From an uncultured Deinococcales bacterium (lineage in GTDB: Bacteria; Deinococcota; Deinococci; Deinococcales; JAAFIG01), in the NCBI GenBank assembly GCA_964244895.1, contig CAXTKV010000136.1:1-14879 (forward strand): a stretch of 14,879 nt of DNA, read 5' to 3'. A program made the translations under genes and the position numbers. This document shows positions 1 through 8,512 of the stretch, piece after piece (the first letter of the stretch is position 1; each line of letters opens with the position of its first letter). Below the pieces are notes generated by a model, which was given only the letters and a program-made list of their open reading frames with translations, was not told where the DNA came from and searched no databases.

Positions 1-1265
1 AGTTGTTCGCTCATCTGCCCGATGGTGCGCGAATCCAACCCGTCCCGCCCGCGCTCCTCCGCGACCTCGATCAGCCGCGAGTGAACGCGCTCGAGCGATT
101 CGTCTCTCGCGATCATCTCCAGCACCGCGCCGCGATCGCGCTCGAGTTGCTGGCTGCGCTCGAGCTGACGGCGGCTGTCCAACAGTTCGTGCGTGCGCTC
201 GTAGACGCGCTGCTCCAAGTCGGCGGATAATCGCGTCAACTCGCGGTTGAGGCGTTGGTTGTCCATCAGCGTCAGCATCTGGCGCACCACCACCAGCACG
301 GCCAGCACCGCCGTACCGAATTGCACACCCCAGCGTCCCAGACCGGAAGTCGGCGCAAAGATCAAAAGCCCGAACGGCAGCACCGCCACCGCGATCGGGC
401 CGTACAGATCGATCAGGCTCGAGAGCGGCAGGTTCGGGCGTCGCAGCGCCGCAGGCAAGCGCACCGGACGCCAAGCATTTGACGCGGGTACGCCCAACCA
501 GCGCCGATTCGGATGATCGAGTTGCGCCGCAAACGCCAGCAGCAGCATCGCCCACGACCAACCCGCGTCGGACGGCGCGATGGTCACGGAAGCCATACCG
601 ATCAGGTCGCGCGTCGCAAAACCGATATCACCGACCGCCAGACACAGGACAGAGAGTGCGTACAGGCTGGCCTCACGGTCGAAGCCTGGGCCGCGCCAAC
701 GAATCGCGATCAGCACCAACAAGCCGAACAGGGCAAAGTCCAGCCCCGGATAGATCAACGAGACGATCAAGCCCAGATCTCGCCTCGGCGCATCTTCGAT
801 GGCTCCGGAAATCACGAAATACCACAAAAACACGCCCAACCCGACCGCCAGAATCAGCGCGTCCAACGCCAACCGCCAGACCACCGCCGCCCGCAAAGCC
901 TGACGCGAGAGGATCAGAAAAGCCGTCATCAACAATGGCGCGACCGCCAGGAAGACCGCATCCGCCAGCCACATCGCGGCTCTGCCGCCCAGGCTCCGCG
1001 CGATGCACCCGACGCAGAACGCGAACATCGCCAGACCGACCACGAAGGCCGCCTGCCGTTGCGGTCCCGACAAACTGGGCGTCGCGCGCCAGACCGACCA
1101 CGCGCCCAGGATCGCCGGGATGCTCGGAAACAGCAGGTGGAACCAGAACCCCGCCGTAACCCCCGGCACGAACGTAGCCATCTGGTGCGCCACCACCAGC
1201 GCCGTCAATGCCACCAGCACGCCCGTGCCGAGCCGATCTGTGGGTGCGCGCGTGGCTTCTGTCAT
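1..1265 (-). CDS. Membrane-anchored signal-transduction protein (multi-TM sensor plus coiled coil; output domain such as GGDEF/EAL or His kinase lies outside the window), 3'-truncated
   Basis: Hand-translated open minus-strand frame from ATG 1265 (in-frame ATGs also at 1274 and 1289) to the window edge; absent from the ORF track because there is no stop. MTEATRAPTDRLGTGVLVALTALVVAHQ..., about 9-10 hydrophobic segments, motifs LIYPGLDF and VVVRQMLTLMDNQRLNREL...LEQRVYERTHEL typical of TM sensor-to-signalling-helix linkers. Confidence 0.8.
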   Translation of the reverse strand, partial: MTEATRAPTDRLGTGVLVALTALVVAHQMATFVPGVTAGFWFHLLFPSIPAILGAWSVWRATPSLSGPQRQAAFVVGLAMFAFCVGCIARSLGGRAAMWLADAVFLAVAPLLMTAFLILSRQALRAAVVWRLALDALILAVGLGVFLWYFVISGAIEDAPRRDLGLIVSLIYPGLDFALFGLLVLIAIRWRGPGFDREASLYALSVLCLAVGDIGFATRDLIGMASVTIAPSDAGWSWAMLLLAFAAQLDHPNRRWLGVPASNAWRPVRLPAALRRPNLPLSSLIDLYGPIAVAVLPFGLLIFAPTSGLGRWGVQFGTAVLAVLVVVRQMLTLMDNQRLNRELTRLSADLEQRVYERTHELLDSRRQLERSQQLERDRGAVLEMIARDESLERVHSRLIEVAEERGRDGLDSRTIGQMSEQ

Positions 1266-1540
1266 GCCTTCCATCGAGAGCGGAATCATTTTCGCGATTT
1301 GAACCCGCCGCATTCTGACACCCGATTCAACGGCTTCGACGTGCAGTTTAGCCCCGAAACGCCGTTCACGCCTACGGCGGATGCTGAAAGCGCTGGGCGC
1401 TCTTGCTGACGGAATTCACGAGCGTTGACGCGCAACCGCCCGGAGCATTCGTGCGGTGCGACGCGTTCGTCCTCGAGCGTCCGAGTTCGCGTCCAGGTTT
1501 CTGCACCGCTCTGTTCGAGCTTCGAGATCGGGGAGTAAAA

Positions 1541-1600
1541 AGAACACCGTCCAGGACGGTGTTCTCGAGATCATAAGAATATCGTCTGGAACGATGTTCT
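1541..1600. repeat. 25-bp palindrome doublet (REP/BIME-like)
   Basis: AGAACACCGTCC-A-GGACGGTGTTCT (1541-1565, perfect palindrome) and AGAATATCGT-CTGGA-ACGATGTTCT (1576-1600); each runs into a CTCGAG. Confidence 0.85.
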
Positions 1601-1613
1601 CGAGGGTGACCGC

Positions 1614-2459
1614 TCAAAGATCCTTGCGCTCGAACACGAACAAGGCCGCGACCAGCGCGCCGACCGTGTAAAGCGTCAGCAAGATCAGCGATTCGACGGC
1701 GTTCTGACCGGGCGCGAACGCCAACTGATGGTGGGTCAAGAGCAAGCGCTTGATCGGTGGGAAGACCTCCAGGAGCTTCATGATCTGGATCGTGGCGATG
1801 GTCGCCAAGGACGCGGCGGCGGTGTTCATGTAGACCACGCCGAACACCACCGCCAGACCTGCAATCGGTGCGAGCGTCAGACCCGCGATCAAAAAACCGC
1901 GCAGCAATTCCGCCAGTGCGCCGCCCACGGCCAGTTCTCCGACGCCGTTGAAACCGCCCGCGCCCAGGCCAGTGCCGCCCGCAAACGTGCCCAACCCGAA
2001 ACGCAACCCACCGGCGATGGTGCCACCGATGAACAGCACCACCAGCAGCAGCAACGGGTACAGGATCGCCACGAAGAGTTTCGCGCTGATGATCCGGATT
2101 CTCGAGACGGGCCGCAACAAGAGCGGCGCGAGCGTGCCCCAGCTGACCTCGCCGCCGATCAGTTCGGCGCAGGTGACGGACACCAGCAAGGGCAGCACGA
2201 ACTGCGTGGCGATGTACAAGGCCAGGGCTGGAACCTGCCAGCCGGAAACCAGGATCAGGTTCACGCCGATCAACTTGGCCAGCTCACCGTCCGGCGCGAA
2301 GGTCAAGAAGAACGGCAGCAAAAACACCAGCAGCACGCCGAGCCGCACCGATCGGTAGCCGATCAGCTTTCTGAATTCCAGGCTCAGCAGCCCGAAGCCG
2401 AAACCGCTGCCGGGGGCGCGCGCACTTTCCGTGGGTGGATTCTCGATGTTTTGCATCAT
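1614..2459 (-). CDS. ABC-2 type transporter permease
   Basis: About 6 TM segments; motif '[30 protein letters not shown]' and C-terminal 'FERKDL' typical of ABC-2 family permeases; ATGA overlap with the ATPase stop. Confidence 0.9.
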   Translation of the reverse strand: MMQNIENPPTESARAPGSGFGFGLLSLEFRKLIGYRSVRLGVLLVFLLPFFLTFAPDGELAKLIGVNLILVSGWQVPALALYIATQFVLPLLVSVTCAELIGGEVSWGTLAPLLLRPVSRIRIISAKLFVAILYPLLLLVVLFIGGTIAGGLRFGLGTFAGGTGLGAGGFNGVGELAVGGALAELLRGFLIAGLTLAPIAGLAVVFGVVYMNTAAASLATIATIQIMKLLEVFPPIKRLLLTHHQLAFAPGQNAVESLILLTLYTVGALVAALFVFERKDL

Positions 2460-3466
2460 GCCTTCTCGACGCGTTCGCGGTAGTACTCGTAGAGGTCGAA
2501 ATGGTCGGGGTTGGCTTCAAAAATCCGCACGTTCTCGAGCGCCATCGCCCGCAGCGCGTCCGGCGCGTGCGTCTCGTGATCCAGGTGCGCGATCACGTGC
2601 GGTGGGCGGGCGTAAGCGCGCGTCACGAAAGTCTGTGTGGACAGAATCACGGCGGCCCGGTTCGGGTCATCCACCCGGAAACGGTAGGCGCTGTGGCGCG
2701 AGGTCAGATCGACTTCCTCAAGTAACCGTCCGCCGCCCAGAATCCCGACGCGGTGCGCGTAACTGGAGACCTCGCGCAGGTGGTGGGTGGACAGGATCAC
2801 GGCTGCGCCCGCCGCCGCCATGCTCGAGAGCACGCGGTGCACCAGCCCGATGCCCAACGGGTCCAGGCCCGAGGTCGGCTCGTCCAGGATCAGCACGCGC
2901 GGGTTGCCCAGAATCGCGGCGGCCAGCCCCAGGCGTTGCCGCTGCCCCAGGCTGTACTCGCGCACCCGCCGATCCGCCATGCGCAAGAGTTCCACCAACG
3001 TCAGCACCTCGCGGATGCGCGCGTCGTCGATCGGCATCGGCGATTGACCGGGGGCCGCCCAACCGTAACCGCCCGCCAGCGCCGCGTGCGCCCGCAGGTT
3101 CTCGCGCCCCGTTAAGTGCGGGTAAAACGCGGCGGGCGCTTCGACGACCGCGCCCAGCGCGCGGCGCACCTTCGCGCCGCCGACGTGAACGTCCGTGCCC
3201 ATCATCAGCACGCGCCCCGCCGTGGGAAAAGACAGGCCCGTCACCAGCCGGATCAGCGTGGTCTTGCCCGCGCCGTTCGGCCCGGCCAGCGCGTAAACCT
3301 CGCCCGGATTGACCGCGAAGCTGACCTGCTCGAGGACGGGATAGCGCCCGTAACGCTTGCCGAGACCCTGCGCCTCGACGACCGCGTTCTGGGGGACAAC
3401 AGCGTTCGAGACGTGCTCGAGCACTGGTATCTCGGACGGCGTGGGGCTCGAAGACATTTCCGTCAT
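2456..3466 (-). CDS. ABC transporter ATP-binding protein (multidrug/peptide-antibiotic exporter type)
   Basis: Walker [10 protein letters not shown], signature YSLGQRQRL, Walker B LILDEP, H-loop STHHL. Start set at ATG 3466 (MTEMSS), 8 nt after a TATCCT -10 box. Confidence 0.93.
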   Translation of the reverse strand: MTEMSSSPTPSEIPVLEHVSNAVVPQNAVVEAQGLGKRYGRYPVLEQVSFAVNPGEVYALAGPNGAGKTTLIRLVTGLSFPTAGRVLMMGTDVHVGGAKVRRALGAVVEAPAAFYPHLTGRENLRAHAALAGGYGWAAPGQSPMPIDDARIREVLTLVELLRMADRRVREYSLGQRQRLGLAAAILGNPRVLILDEPTSGLDPLGIGLVHRVLSSMAAAGAAVILSTHHLREVSSYAHRVGILGGGRLLEEVDLTSRHSAYRFRVDDPNRAAVILSTQTFVTRAYARPPHVIAHLDHETHAPDALRAMALENVRIFEANPDHFDLYEYYRERVEKA

Positions 3467-3474
3467 GTGCAAGG

Positions 3475-3480
3475 AGGATA
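3475..3480 (-). promoter_or_regulatory. Putative -10 box (TATCCT), near-leaderless ABC ATPase transcript
   Basis: Minus strand reads TATCCT-CCTTGCAC-ATG; no SD on the coding strand. Confidence 0.5.
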
Positions 3481-3646
3481 GCGCAGGCGGGTGGGCTTCG
3501 CAGTGCAAAAGTAGCCTAAAACTTCCGAAGTTCGAGAATGAACTGCCAGCAATGCCGATTCAGGCCCGTTCTCGAGGATCTCGGCTGAGCGCGGGAGCGC
3601 TATGAAATACGTCTTGAGGGCTCTTTTGATTCGTTTTAAGATCAGA

Positions 3647-3712
3647 TAAACACCGTGCCAGACGCAAAATATGGCTTTTAAGAACGGATTGTATCGTCCA
3701 GGACGGTACTGT
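3647..3712. repeat. Degenerate palindrome doublet of the 25-bp family
   Basis: TAAACACCGT-GCCAG-ACGC (3647-3665, partial) and GTATCGTCC-A-GGACGGTAC (3691-3709). Confidence 0.6.
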
Positions 3713-3734
3713 CACCGCGCGAAAACGGATCGAA

Positions 3735-3760
3735 GCTGAACTCGGGGCTGAACTCGGGGC
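3735..3760. repeat. 12-bp tandem duplication
   Basis: GCTGAACTCGGG twice plus GC. Confidence 0.8.
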
Positions 3761-3887
3761 GCATCGAAGAGAGCGGCGCGGCTTCTCGAGCGCTCCCTCA
3801 ACGAGGGCGTTGCATCGCTCCAGAGGACAGCCACAAATCGCGCCCGAGATGACGGATGCGGGCACTCGAGCAAACCGATGAACGCAC

Positions 3888-4898
3888 TCAATCCCGCGTG
3901 AACCTCGCGTATGCCTCGAGCTTCTCGAGCCCAGCGCCGCTCTCGATGACCTCCAGCGCAAGCCTGACGCCCGCCTCGAGCGAGGGCGCAGCGTCGGCGG
4001 CGTACAAGGCCGCCCCGGCGTTCAGTGCGACTACGTCGCGTTGGGCGCTCGTGCCCGTGCCGCCCAGCGTAGCGCGCGCGATCGCCGCGTTCTGCGCCGG
4101 ATCGCCACCCGCCAGGCTCGAGGGTTCGTGCCTGGAAAGCCCCAAAGCTTCGGGCTGGACGGTGTACTCGCGCACCGTGCCATCGCGCAATTCCGCGACG
4201 TGGCTGACGCCCGCGACCGTCAATTCGTCCATGCCCGCGCCGTGAACCACCAGCGCACCGCGCGAGCCCAACCCGTGCAGCACCTGCGCCAGCGTGCGCG
4301 TCAGGCCGGGATCGTAAACGCCGATGACCTGATGCGTCGCCCCGGCGGGGTTGGTCAACGGCCCCAGAATGTTGAAGACCGTGCGGATGCCCAACTCCGC
4401 CCGCACCGGCGCGACGTGCCGCATGGCCGGATGGTGCGCGCGCGCGAACATGAACCCGATCCCGACGCTCCGAACAGCTTCCGCCACGCGCTCCGGGGAA
4501 ATCTCGAGGTTGACGCCCAAGGCTTCCAGCACGTCCGCGCTGCCCGTCTTGGAACTGGCCGCGCGGTTGCCGTGCTTGGCGACGCTGACGCCCGCCGCCG
4601 CCACCACGAAGGCCGCCGTGGTCGAGATGTTGAAGGTGTGTGCGCCATCGCCGCCCGTGCCGCAGGTGTCCACCAGCACACCGGACGGACTCTTGACCGT
4701 CACCCGCGTGGCCCGGTCGCGCATGGCCCTGGCGAAGCCCACGATCTCCGGAACCGTTTCGCCGCGCACCCGCAGGGCCGATAGAAACGCCGCCGTGCGG
4801 ATCGGGCTCAATTCGCCATCCATGATCCGACCCATGAAGGCTTCCGCCTCGGGTTCAGTCAGGGGCGTGTGCGTGACGTAATGCGAGAAATCGGGCAT
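3888..4898 (-). CDS. trpD: Anthranilate phosphoribosyltransferase
   Basis: Motifs DTCGTGGDG, FNISTT, AKHGNRAASSKTGSADVLEALG, RTVFNILGPLTNP, GMDE. Start ATG 4898 after SD GGGAGG. Confidence 0.97.
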   Translation of the reverse strand: MPDFSHYVTHTPLTEPEAEAFMGRIMDGELSPIRTAAFLSALRVRGETVPEIVGFARAMRDRATRVTVKSPSGVLVDTCGTGGDGAHTFNISTTAAFVVAAAGVSVAKHGNRAASSKTGSADVLEALGVNLEISPERVAEAVRSVGIGFMFARAHHPAMRHVAPVRAELGIRTVFNILGPLTNPAGATHQVIGVYDPGLTRTLAQVLHGLGSRGALVVHGAGMDELTVAGVSHVAELRDGTVREYTVQPEALGLSRHEPSSLAGGDPAQNAAIARATLGGTGTSAQRDVVALNAGAALYAADAAPSLEAGVRLALEVIESGAGLEKLEAYARFTRD

Positions 4899-4964
4899 CT
4901 TAAAAACCTCCCTGGGTGAGCGCAACCTGAACCTTGAAGCTCGAGAAAATCCTTGCTGTGGGCT

Positions 4965-5834
4965 TCACGGTCGTTCCTCGTCCGATGAAGCTCCGGCCTC
5001 GAGCGCGTCCTGCGCGGGCTTTGGCGTTTCGGTTTCCTTCTGCGCCGCCCGAGCGCCCTTCATGTACGCGCGCTCGAAGGCGTAACCGGGATTTTTGCCC
5101 AGGATCGCATCCCCGAGCGGATTCATCACCACCCGCTTGAGCGCCATGATCGCCGGATGGACGCCCAGCATCGCGCCGACGCTCGGGCCGTACTTCAGCG
5201 CCAAACGCTGCGCAGCCTCGCCCGCCAGCCGCCCTTTGCGCTCATCCCGCGCGGCGGGCGCGAGATGCAACGATCCCGCATCCGCCAGACGCCGATACTT
5301 GTGCCCCCCTCGCTCGAGCCGGATGCCCAGATCCAGGTCCTCGCCGCCGTACCCGGAAAAGGTCTCGTCGAACGAGCCCACCTCGAGCAACGCGGCCCTG
5401 GAAACGCTGACGTTCATGCCCGTCAAATTCATCCAGGTCGGCACGCGCGGCCAATCCACGCGCCCATCGGACGCGTTCGTGACTGGCCCGACCGCGATGT
5501 CGTTCGGGTAGACCTCGTGAAACGCGGCGTGCCGCGCCAGCGTCTGTGGTTCCAGCACCAGGTCGTCATCCATGAACACGACCACCTGACCGGAGGCCGC
5601 CCGAATCGCGGCGTTTCGCGCCCTGGCCTGCCCGCCCTGCGCCAGCACGACCACCACGACCGTGAAGGCCGCGCGCCGCCTGAACGCCTCGAGCATCGCG
5701 ACCGTCCCATCCGTGCTGCCATCGACCGCCACGACCAGCTCGAAATCCTGAAAGGTCTGCCCCTCGAGCGCCGCCAACGCCCGCTCGAGCATCGCCATGC
5801 GGTCGTGCGTGGGCGTGATGACGGAAAGCTTCAT
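4965..5834 (-). CDS. Glycosyltransferase family 2 (GT-A fold)
   Basis: MKLSVITPTHDR, VDGSTDGT, ARARNAAI, DxD motif FMDDD, FDETFSGYGGEDLDLGIRL. Start ATG 5834, 6 nt after TACGAT. Confidence 0.92.
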   Translation of the reverse strand: MKLSVITPTHDRMAMLERALAALEGQTFQDFELVVAVDGSTDGTVAMLEAFRRRAAFTVVVVVLAQGGQARARNAAIRAASGQVVVFMDDDLVLEPQTLARHAAFHEVYPNDIAVGPVTNASDGRVDWPRVPTWMNLTGMNVSVSRAALLEVGSFDETFSGYGGEDLDLGIRLERGGHKYRRLADAGSLHLAPAARDERKGRLAGEAAQRLALKYGPSVGAMLGVHPAIMALKRVVMNPLGDAILGKNPGYAFERAYMKGARAAQKETETPKPAQDALEAGASSDEERP

Positions 5835-5840
5835 GACTTG

Positions 5841-5846
5841 ATCGTA
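5841..5846 (-). promoter_or_regulatory. Putative -10 box (TACGAT) of a leaderless internal promoter for GT2 (and possibly trpD)
   Basis: Minus strand reads TACGAT-CAAGTC-ATG: TANNNT, 6 nt, then ATG, with no SD. Confidence 0.6.
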
Positions 5847-5848
5847 CA

Positions 5849-5908
5849 GGAACACCGTCCAGCACGGTGCTCCCCGCGTTCTAGAATTGGCGTGCTGGAC
5901 GGTCTTTT
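5849..5908. repeat. 25-bp palindrome doublet (REP/BIME-like)
   Basis: GGAACACCGT-CCAGC-ACGGTGCTCC (5849-5873) and partial GCGT-GCTGG-ACGGTCTTTT (5890-5908); 35-bp period. Confidence 0.8.
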
Positions 5909-6498
5909 CATTGGGTCAGCTTCAAGAAATTGCCGATCATCGCGTGCCCGTGATCCGTCAAGGCGCTCTCCGGGTGGAATTGCACGCCGTGAACCGGGTA
6001 ATCCCGGTGCTGCACACCCATCACCACGCGCTCGAGCGAACCATCCAAACCCGGCTCCTCGAGCCACGCGTTGACCCGCAACGCGTCCGGCAAATCCTCG
6101 ATCACCAGACTGTGATAGCGCGTCGCCGTGAAGCCATCCGGCACGCCGGCAAACACGCCCGAGGCATCGTGGCTGATGTTCGAGGTCTTACCGTGCATCA
6201 AGCGCTTCGCCCGCACGACCCGCGCACCGAACGCCTGCCCGATGCTCTGATGGCCCAGGCACACGCCCAAGGTCGGAATGTCCGGCCCGAAACGCTGAAT
6301 GACCCCGACCGAAAGCCCCGCTTCAATGGGCGTGCACGGCCCCGGCGAGACCACGATGCCGTCCGGCTTGAGGCTCGAGACATCATCCAGGCTGAACTGA
6401 TCGTTGCGCCAGACCGTCACGTCCGCATCCAATTCACCCAGGTACTGCACGAGGTTGTACGTGAAAGAATCGTAATTGTCGACCACGAGGATTTTCAT
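5908..6498 (-). CDS. trpG: Anthranilate synthase component II (glutamine amidotransferase)
   Basis: DNYDSFTYNLVQY, SPGPC, GVCLGHQ (catalytic Cys), RYHSL, GVQFHPES; lies between trpE and trpD. Confidence 0.95.
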   Translation of the reverse strand: MKILVVDNYDSFTYNLVQYLGELDADVTVWRNDQFSLDDVSSLKPDGIVVSPGPCTPIEAGLSVGVIQRFGPDIPTLGVCLGHQSIGQAFGARVVRAKRLMHGKTSNISHDASGVFAGVPDGFTATRYHSLVIEDLPDALRVNAWLEEPGLDGSLERVVMGVQHRDYPVHGVQFHPESALTDHGHAMIGNFLKLTQ

Positions 6499-6499
6499 G

Positions 6500-6886
6500 T
6501 CAGACCTCCACCCGATATGAAAGCGTCAATTCGTCACCAGGTACACCGCGAATCCCCCAGTTGTGTTTGGGACTTTCCAGAATCACGACCTCCACGTCCT
6601 GACCCGAAAAACCTAACGGCTTGAGGCGTTCAAACAACGTTCGTACAAGCTTTTTCTTGGCATCTACTGAACGCCCTTCAAACATCGCGATCTCGAGAAT
6701 CAAGTGGTGATCAGAACGATCAGAGGGAAAGACGAAATCTTCAGGCTCGAGCGGAAAGAAGCGGTGAAAACGCTTATCCACCGGATACTCGAGCGCTTCG
6801 ACGACCGCCTCATGAATGGCGTCAGAGACAGTGTTCCGATCATAATCAAGCACCGTTCGCAATGCATAAATTTTGACCTGCGCCAT
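6500..6886 (-). CDS. Tautomerase-superfamily protein (4-oxalocrotonate tautomerase-like, two-repeat type)
   Basis: MAQVKIY..., KRFHRF, MFEGRSVDAKKKL, ESPKHNWGIRGVPGDEL match my recollection of the tautomerase_2/YrdN-like family; TGATG overlap with the trpE stop. Confidence 0.8.
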   Translation of the reverse strand: MAQVKIYALRTVLDYDRNTVSDAIHEAVVEALEYPVDKRFHRFFPLEPEDFVFPSDRSDHHLILEIAMFEGRSVDAKKKLVRTLFERLKPLGFSGQDVEVVILESPKHNWGIRGVPGDELTLSYRVEV

Positions 6887-8340
6887 CAGAGACCCGCCTC
6901 TGCCAGTTCCACCGCGCGGCGCAACGCCTTCGCCTTGTTGACGCTCTCCTCGTATTCCAGACCGGGATCGCTGTCGGCCACGATCCCGCCCCCGGCTTGA
7001 ATGTGAATCGTGCCGTCCTGAACGAGCGCGGTGCGCAGCGTCAAGGCCATGTCCATGCTGCCATCGTGCGCGATGTACCCGAATGCGCCGCCGTACCAGC
7101 CTCGGCGCGTGGGCTCGAGTTCCTCGATGATTTCCATCGCGCGCACTTTCGGCGCGCCGGAGACCGTGCCCATCGGCAGCGTCGACGCGAGCGCATCCAG
7201 GGGCGTTTTGTTGTTGGCCAGTTCGCCGCTGACGGTGCTGACGATGTGCATGACGTGGCTGTAACGTTCGATCTGCATCAAGGCTTCGACCTTGACGCTG
7301 CCGTAGCGACTGACGCGTCCGAGGTCGTTGCGTCCCAAATCCACCAACATGATGTGTTCGGCGCGTTCTTTCTCGTCGGCCAATAGCTCATGCTCGAGCG
7401 CGAGGTCTTCGTCGGGCGTCTGGCCGCGTTTGCGCGTCCCGGCGATGGGGCGCGTGATGATGCGGTTCCCGTCTGCGCGGATCAGGCTTTCCGGGCTGGC
7501 GGCGATCAGCGTGCAGTCACCGAGTTCCAGGTAGCCCATGTACGGGCTGGGGTTGACGCCGCGCAGTGCGCGGTAGACGGCGAAGGGGTGGGCATGCAGT
7601 TGGGCGCTGAAGCGTTGGCTGGGCACGACCTGAAAGATGTCTCCGGCGCGGATGTACTCGATGGCTTTCTTGACGGCAGCCTCGAAAGCTTCGCGGGTGA
7701 AGTTGCTGGTGAACTCGGATTGCCTGGATGGGCGGTCGCCGGGCACGCCGGGCAACGGGCCACGCAACCTGGCGTGCAGTTTTTCGACGGTCGCGCGGGC
7801 TTGATGGTACGCGCTGATCTCGCCGGAAAGCGCGACGGCCACGACGTACATGCGGTGTTTGAGGTGATCGAAAATCACCATGCCTTCGGGTGAAACAAAT
7901 TTCAGATCCGGGATGTTCAGTTCATCCGGGTTTTTCTCGGGCAGTTTCTCGTAGAGCCGCACCAGGTCGTAACTGGAATAACCGATTGAACCGCCAAAGA
8001 GCGCGGGCAGGTTCGGGTCTGGTCTGACCGGGCCGACCGTGCGCTCGTAGAGCGCGCGCAGCGGGTCGTTGGTGGTGATCGTGCCCGTCCCGAAGGAACC
8101 TTCCAACGTGACCTGTGAACCCCTGGCGGTGATCGAGCCGCGCGCGCCCACGCCGATGAACGAGTAGCGCGCCCAGCGCTCACCGCCCTCGACGCTTTCC
8201 AGCAGAAAGCTCGGGCTGGTGTGCTGCGAGAGTTTGAGGTACGCGCTGACGGGTGTCTCAAGGTCGGCCAGCACCTCGCGGTAAATCGGCACGCGAATGC
8301 CGGGATCGATGGCGCTGAACTGTTCGGGCGTGAGGTTCAT
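6886..8340 (-). CDS. trpE: Anthranilate synthase component I
   Basis: DLETPVSAYLKL, feedback motif LLES, GDIFQVVPSQRF, NPSPYM, RPIAGTRKRG, EHIMLVDLGRND, GTVSGAPKVRAMEII, AGGGIVADS. Start ATG 8340 after SD AAGGAG; Trp attenuator upstream. Confidence 0.96.
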   Translation of the reverse strand: MNLTPEQFSAIDPGIRVPIYREVLADLETPVSAYLKLSQHTSPSFLLESVEGGERWARYSFIGVGARGSITARGSQVTLEGSFGTGTITTNDPLRALYERTVGPVRPDPNLPALFGGSIGYSSYDLVRLYEKLPEKNPDELNIPDLKFVSPEGMVIFDHLKHRMYVVAVALSGEISAYHQARATVEKLHARLRGPLPGVPGDRPSRQSEFTSNFTREAFEAAVKKAIEYIRAGDIFQVVPSQRFSAQLHAHPFAVYRALRGVNPSPYMGYLELGDCTLIAASPESLIRADGNRIITRPIAGTRKRGQTPDEDLALEHELLADEKERAEHIMLVDLGRNDLGRVSRYGSVKVEALMQIERYSHVMHIVSTVSGELANNKTPLDALASTLPMGTVSGAPKVRAMEIIEELEPTRRGWYGGAFGYIAHDGSMDMALTLRTALVQDGTIHIQAGGGIVADSDPGLEYEESVNKAKALRRAVELAEAGL

Positions 8341-8376
8341 GTCGCTCCTTTGCAATACGCAATTAACCGTCGAGAC

Positions 8377-8404
8377 AAAAATGCACCCAGGTTTCCCTGG
8401 GTGC
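8377..8404 (-). terminator. trp attenuator terminator (3:4 hairpin)
   Basis: Minus strand GCACCCAGG-GAAA-CCTGGGTGC followed by ATTTTT; upstream CCTGGGTG (8423-8430) can pair with CACCCAGG as the antiterminator. Confidence 0.9.
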
Positions 8405-8432
8405 GCGAAAACAACTCGAGATCACCCAGGCT

Positions 8433-8504
8433 TTAGCTGGGCCACCACCACGTCAGGTTCGCCTGGGGTGCGCGAGTCGCGGTGCGGTTTGCGGGCGTCT
8501 GCAT
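8433..8504 (-). CDS. trpL: trp operon leader peptide, MQTPANRTATRAPQANLTWWWPS (23 aa)
   Basis: ATG 8504 to TAA 8433 with three consecutive TGG codons directly before the 1:2, 2:3 and 3:4 hairpin set upstream of trpE. Confidence 0.9.
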   Translation of the reverse strand: MQTPANRTATRAPQANLTWWWPS

Positions 8505-8512
8505 CTGTGCTG

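Noticed and set aside
1305..1380. Nested pairings CCGCCG/CGGCGG and AACGGC/GCCGTT upstream of the sensor gene as a riboswitch
   Set aside because: Short GC stems are expected by chance, I recognise no riboswitch consensus, and a TAAACT -10 candidate (1345-1350) sits in the middle. An Rfam scan would settle it.
3..1409. Plus-strand ORFs 3-230, 247-516, 255-482, 479-1159, 513-1409, 1003-1302
   Set aside because: Antisense shadows of the minus-strand membrane sensor; R/Q/H/P-rich with no recognisable motifs.
3471..3477. Perfect AAGGAGG on the plus strand
   Set aside because: No start codon or credible plus-strand ORF follows; better explained as the complement of the minus-strand TATCCT -10 region.
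3560..3961. 133-aa minus-strand ORF after trpD
   Set aside because: Overlaps trpD out of frame, runs through repeats and has no protein-like motifs.
5908..8340. pabA/pabB assignment for the synthase pair
   Set aside because: The Trp-codon attenuator upstream and trpD downstream support trpE/trpG.
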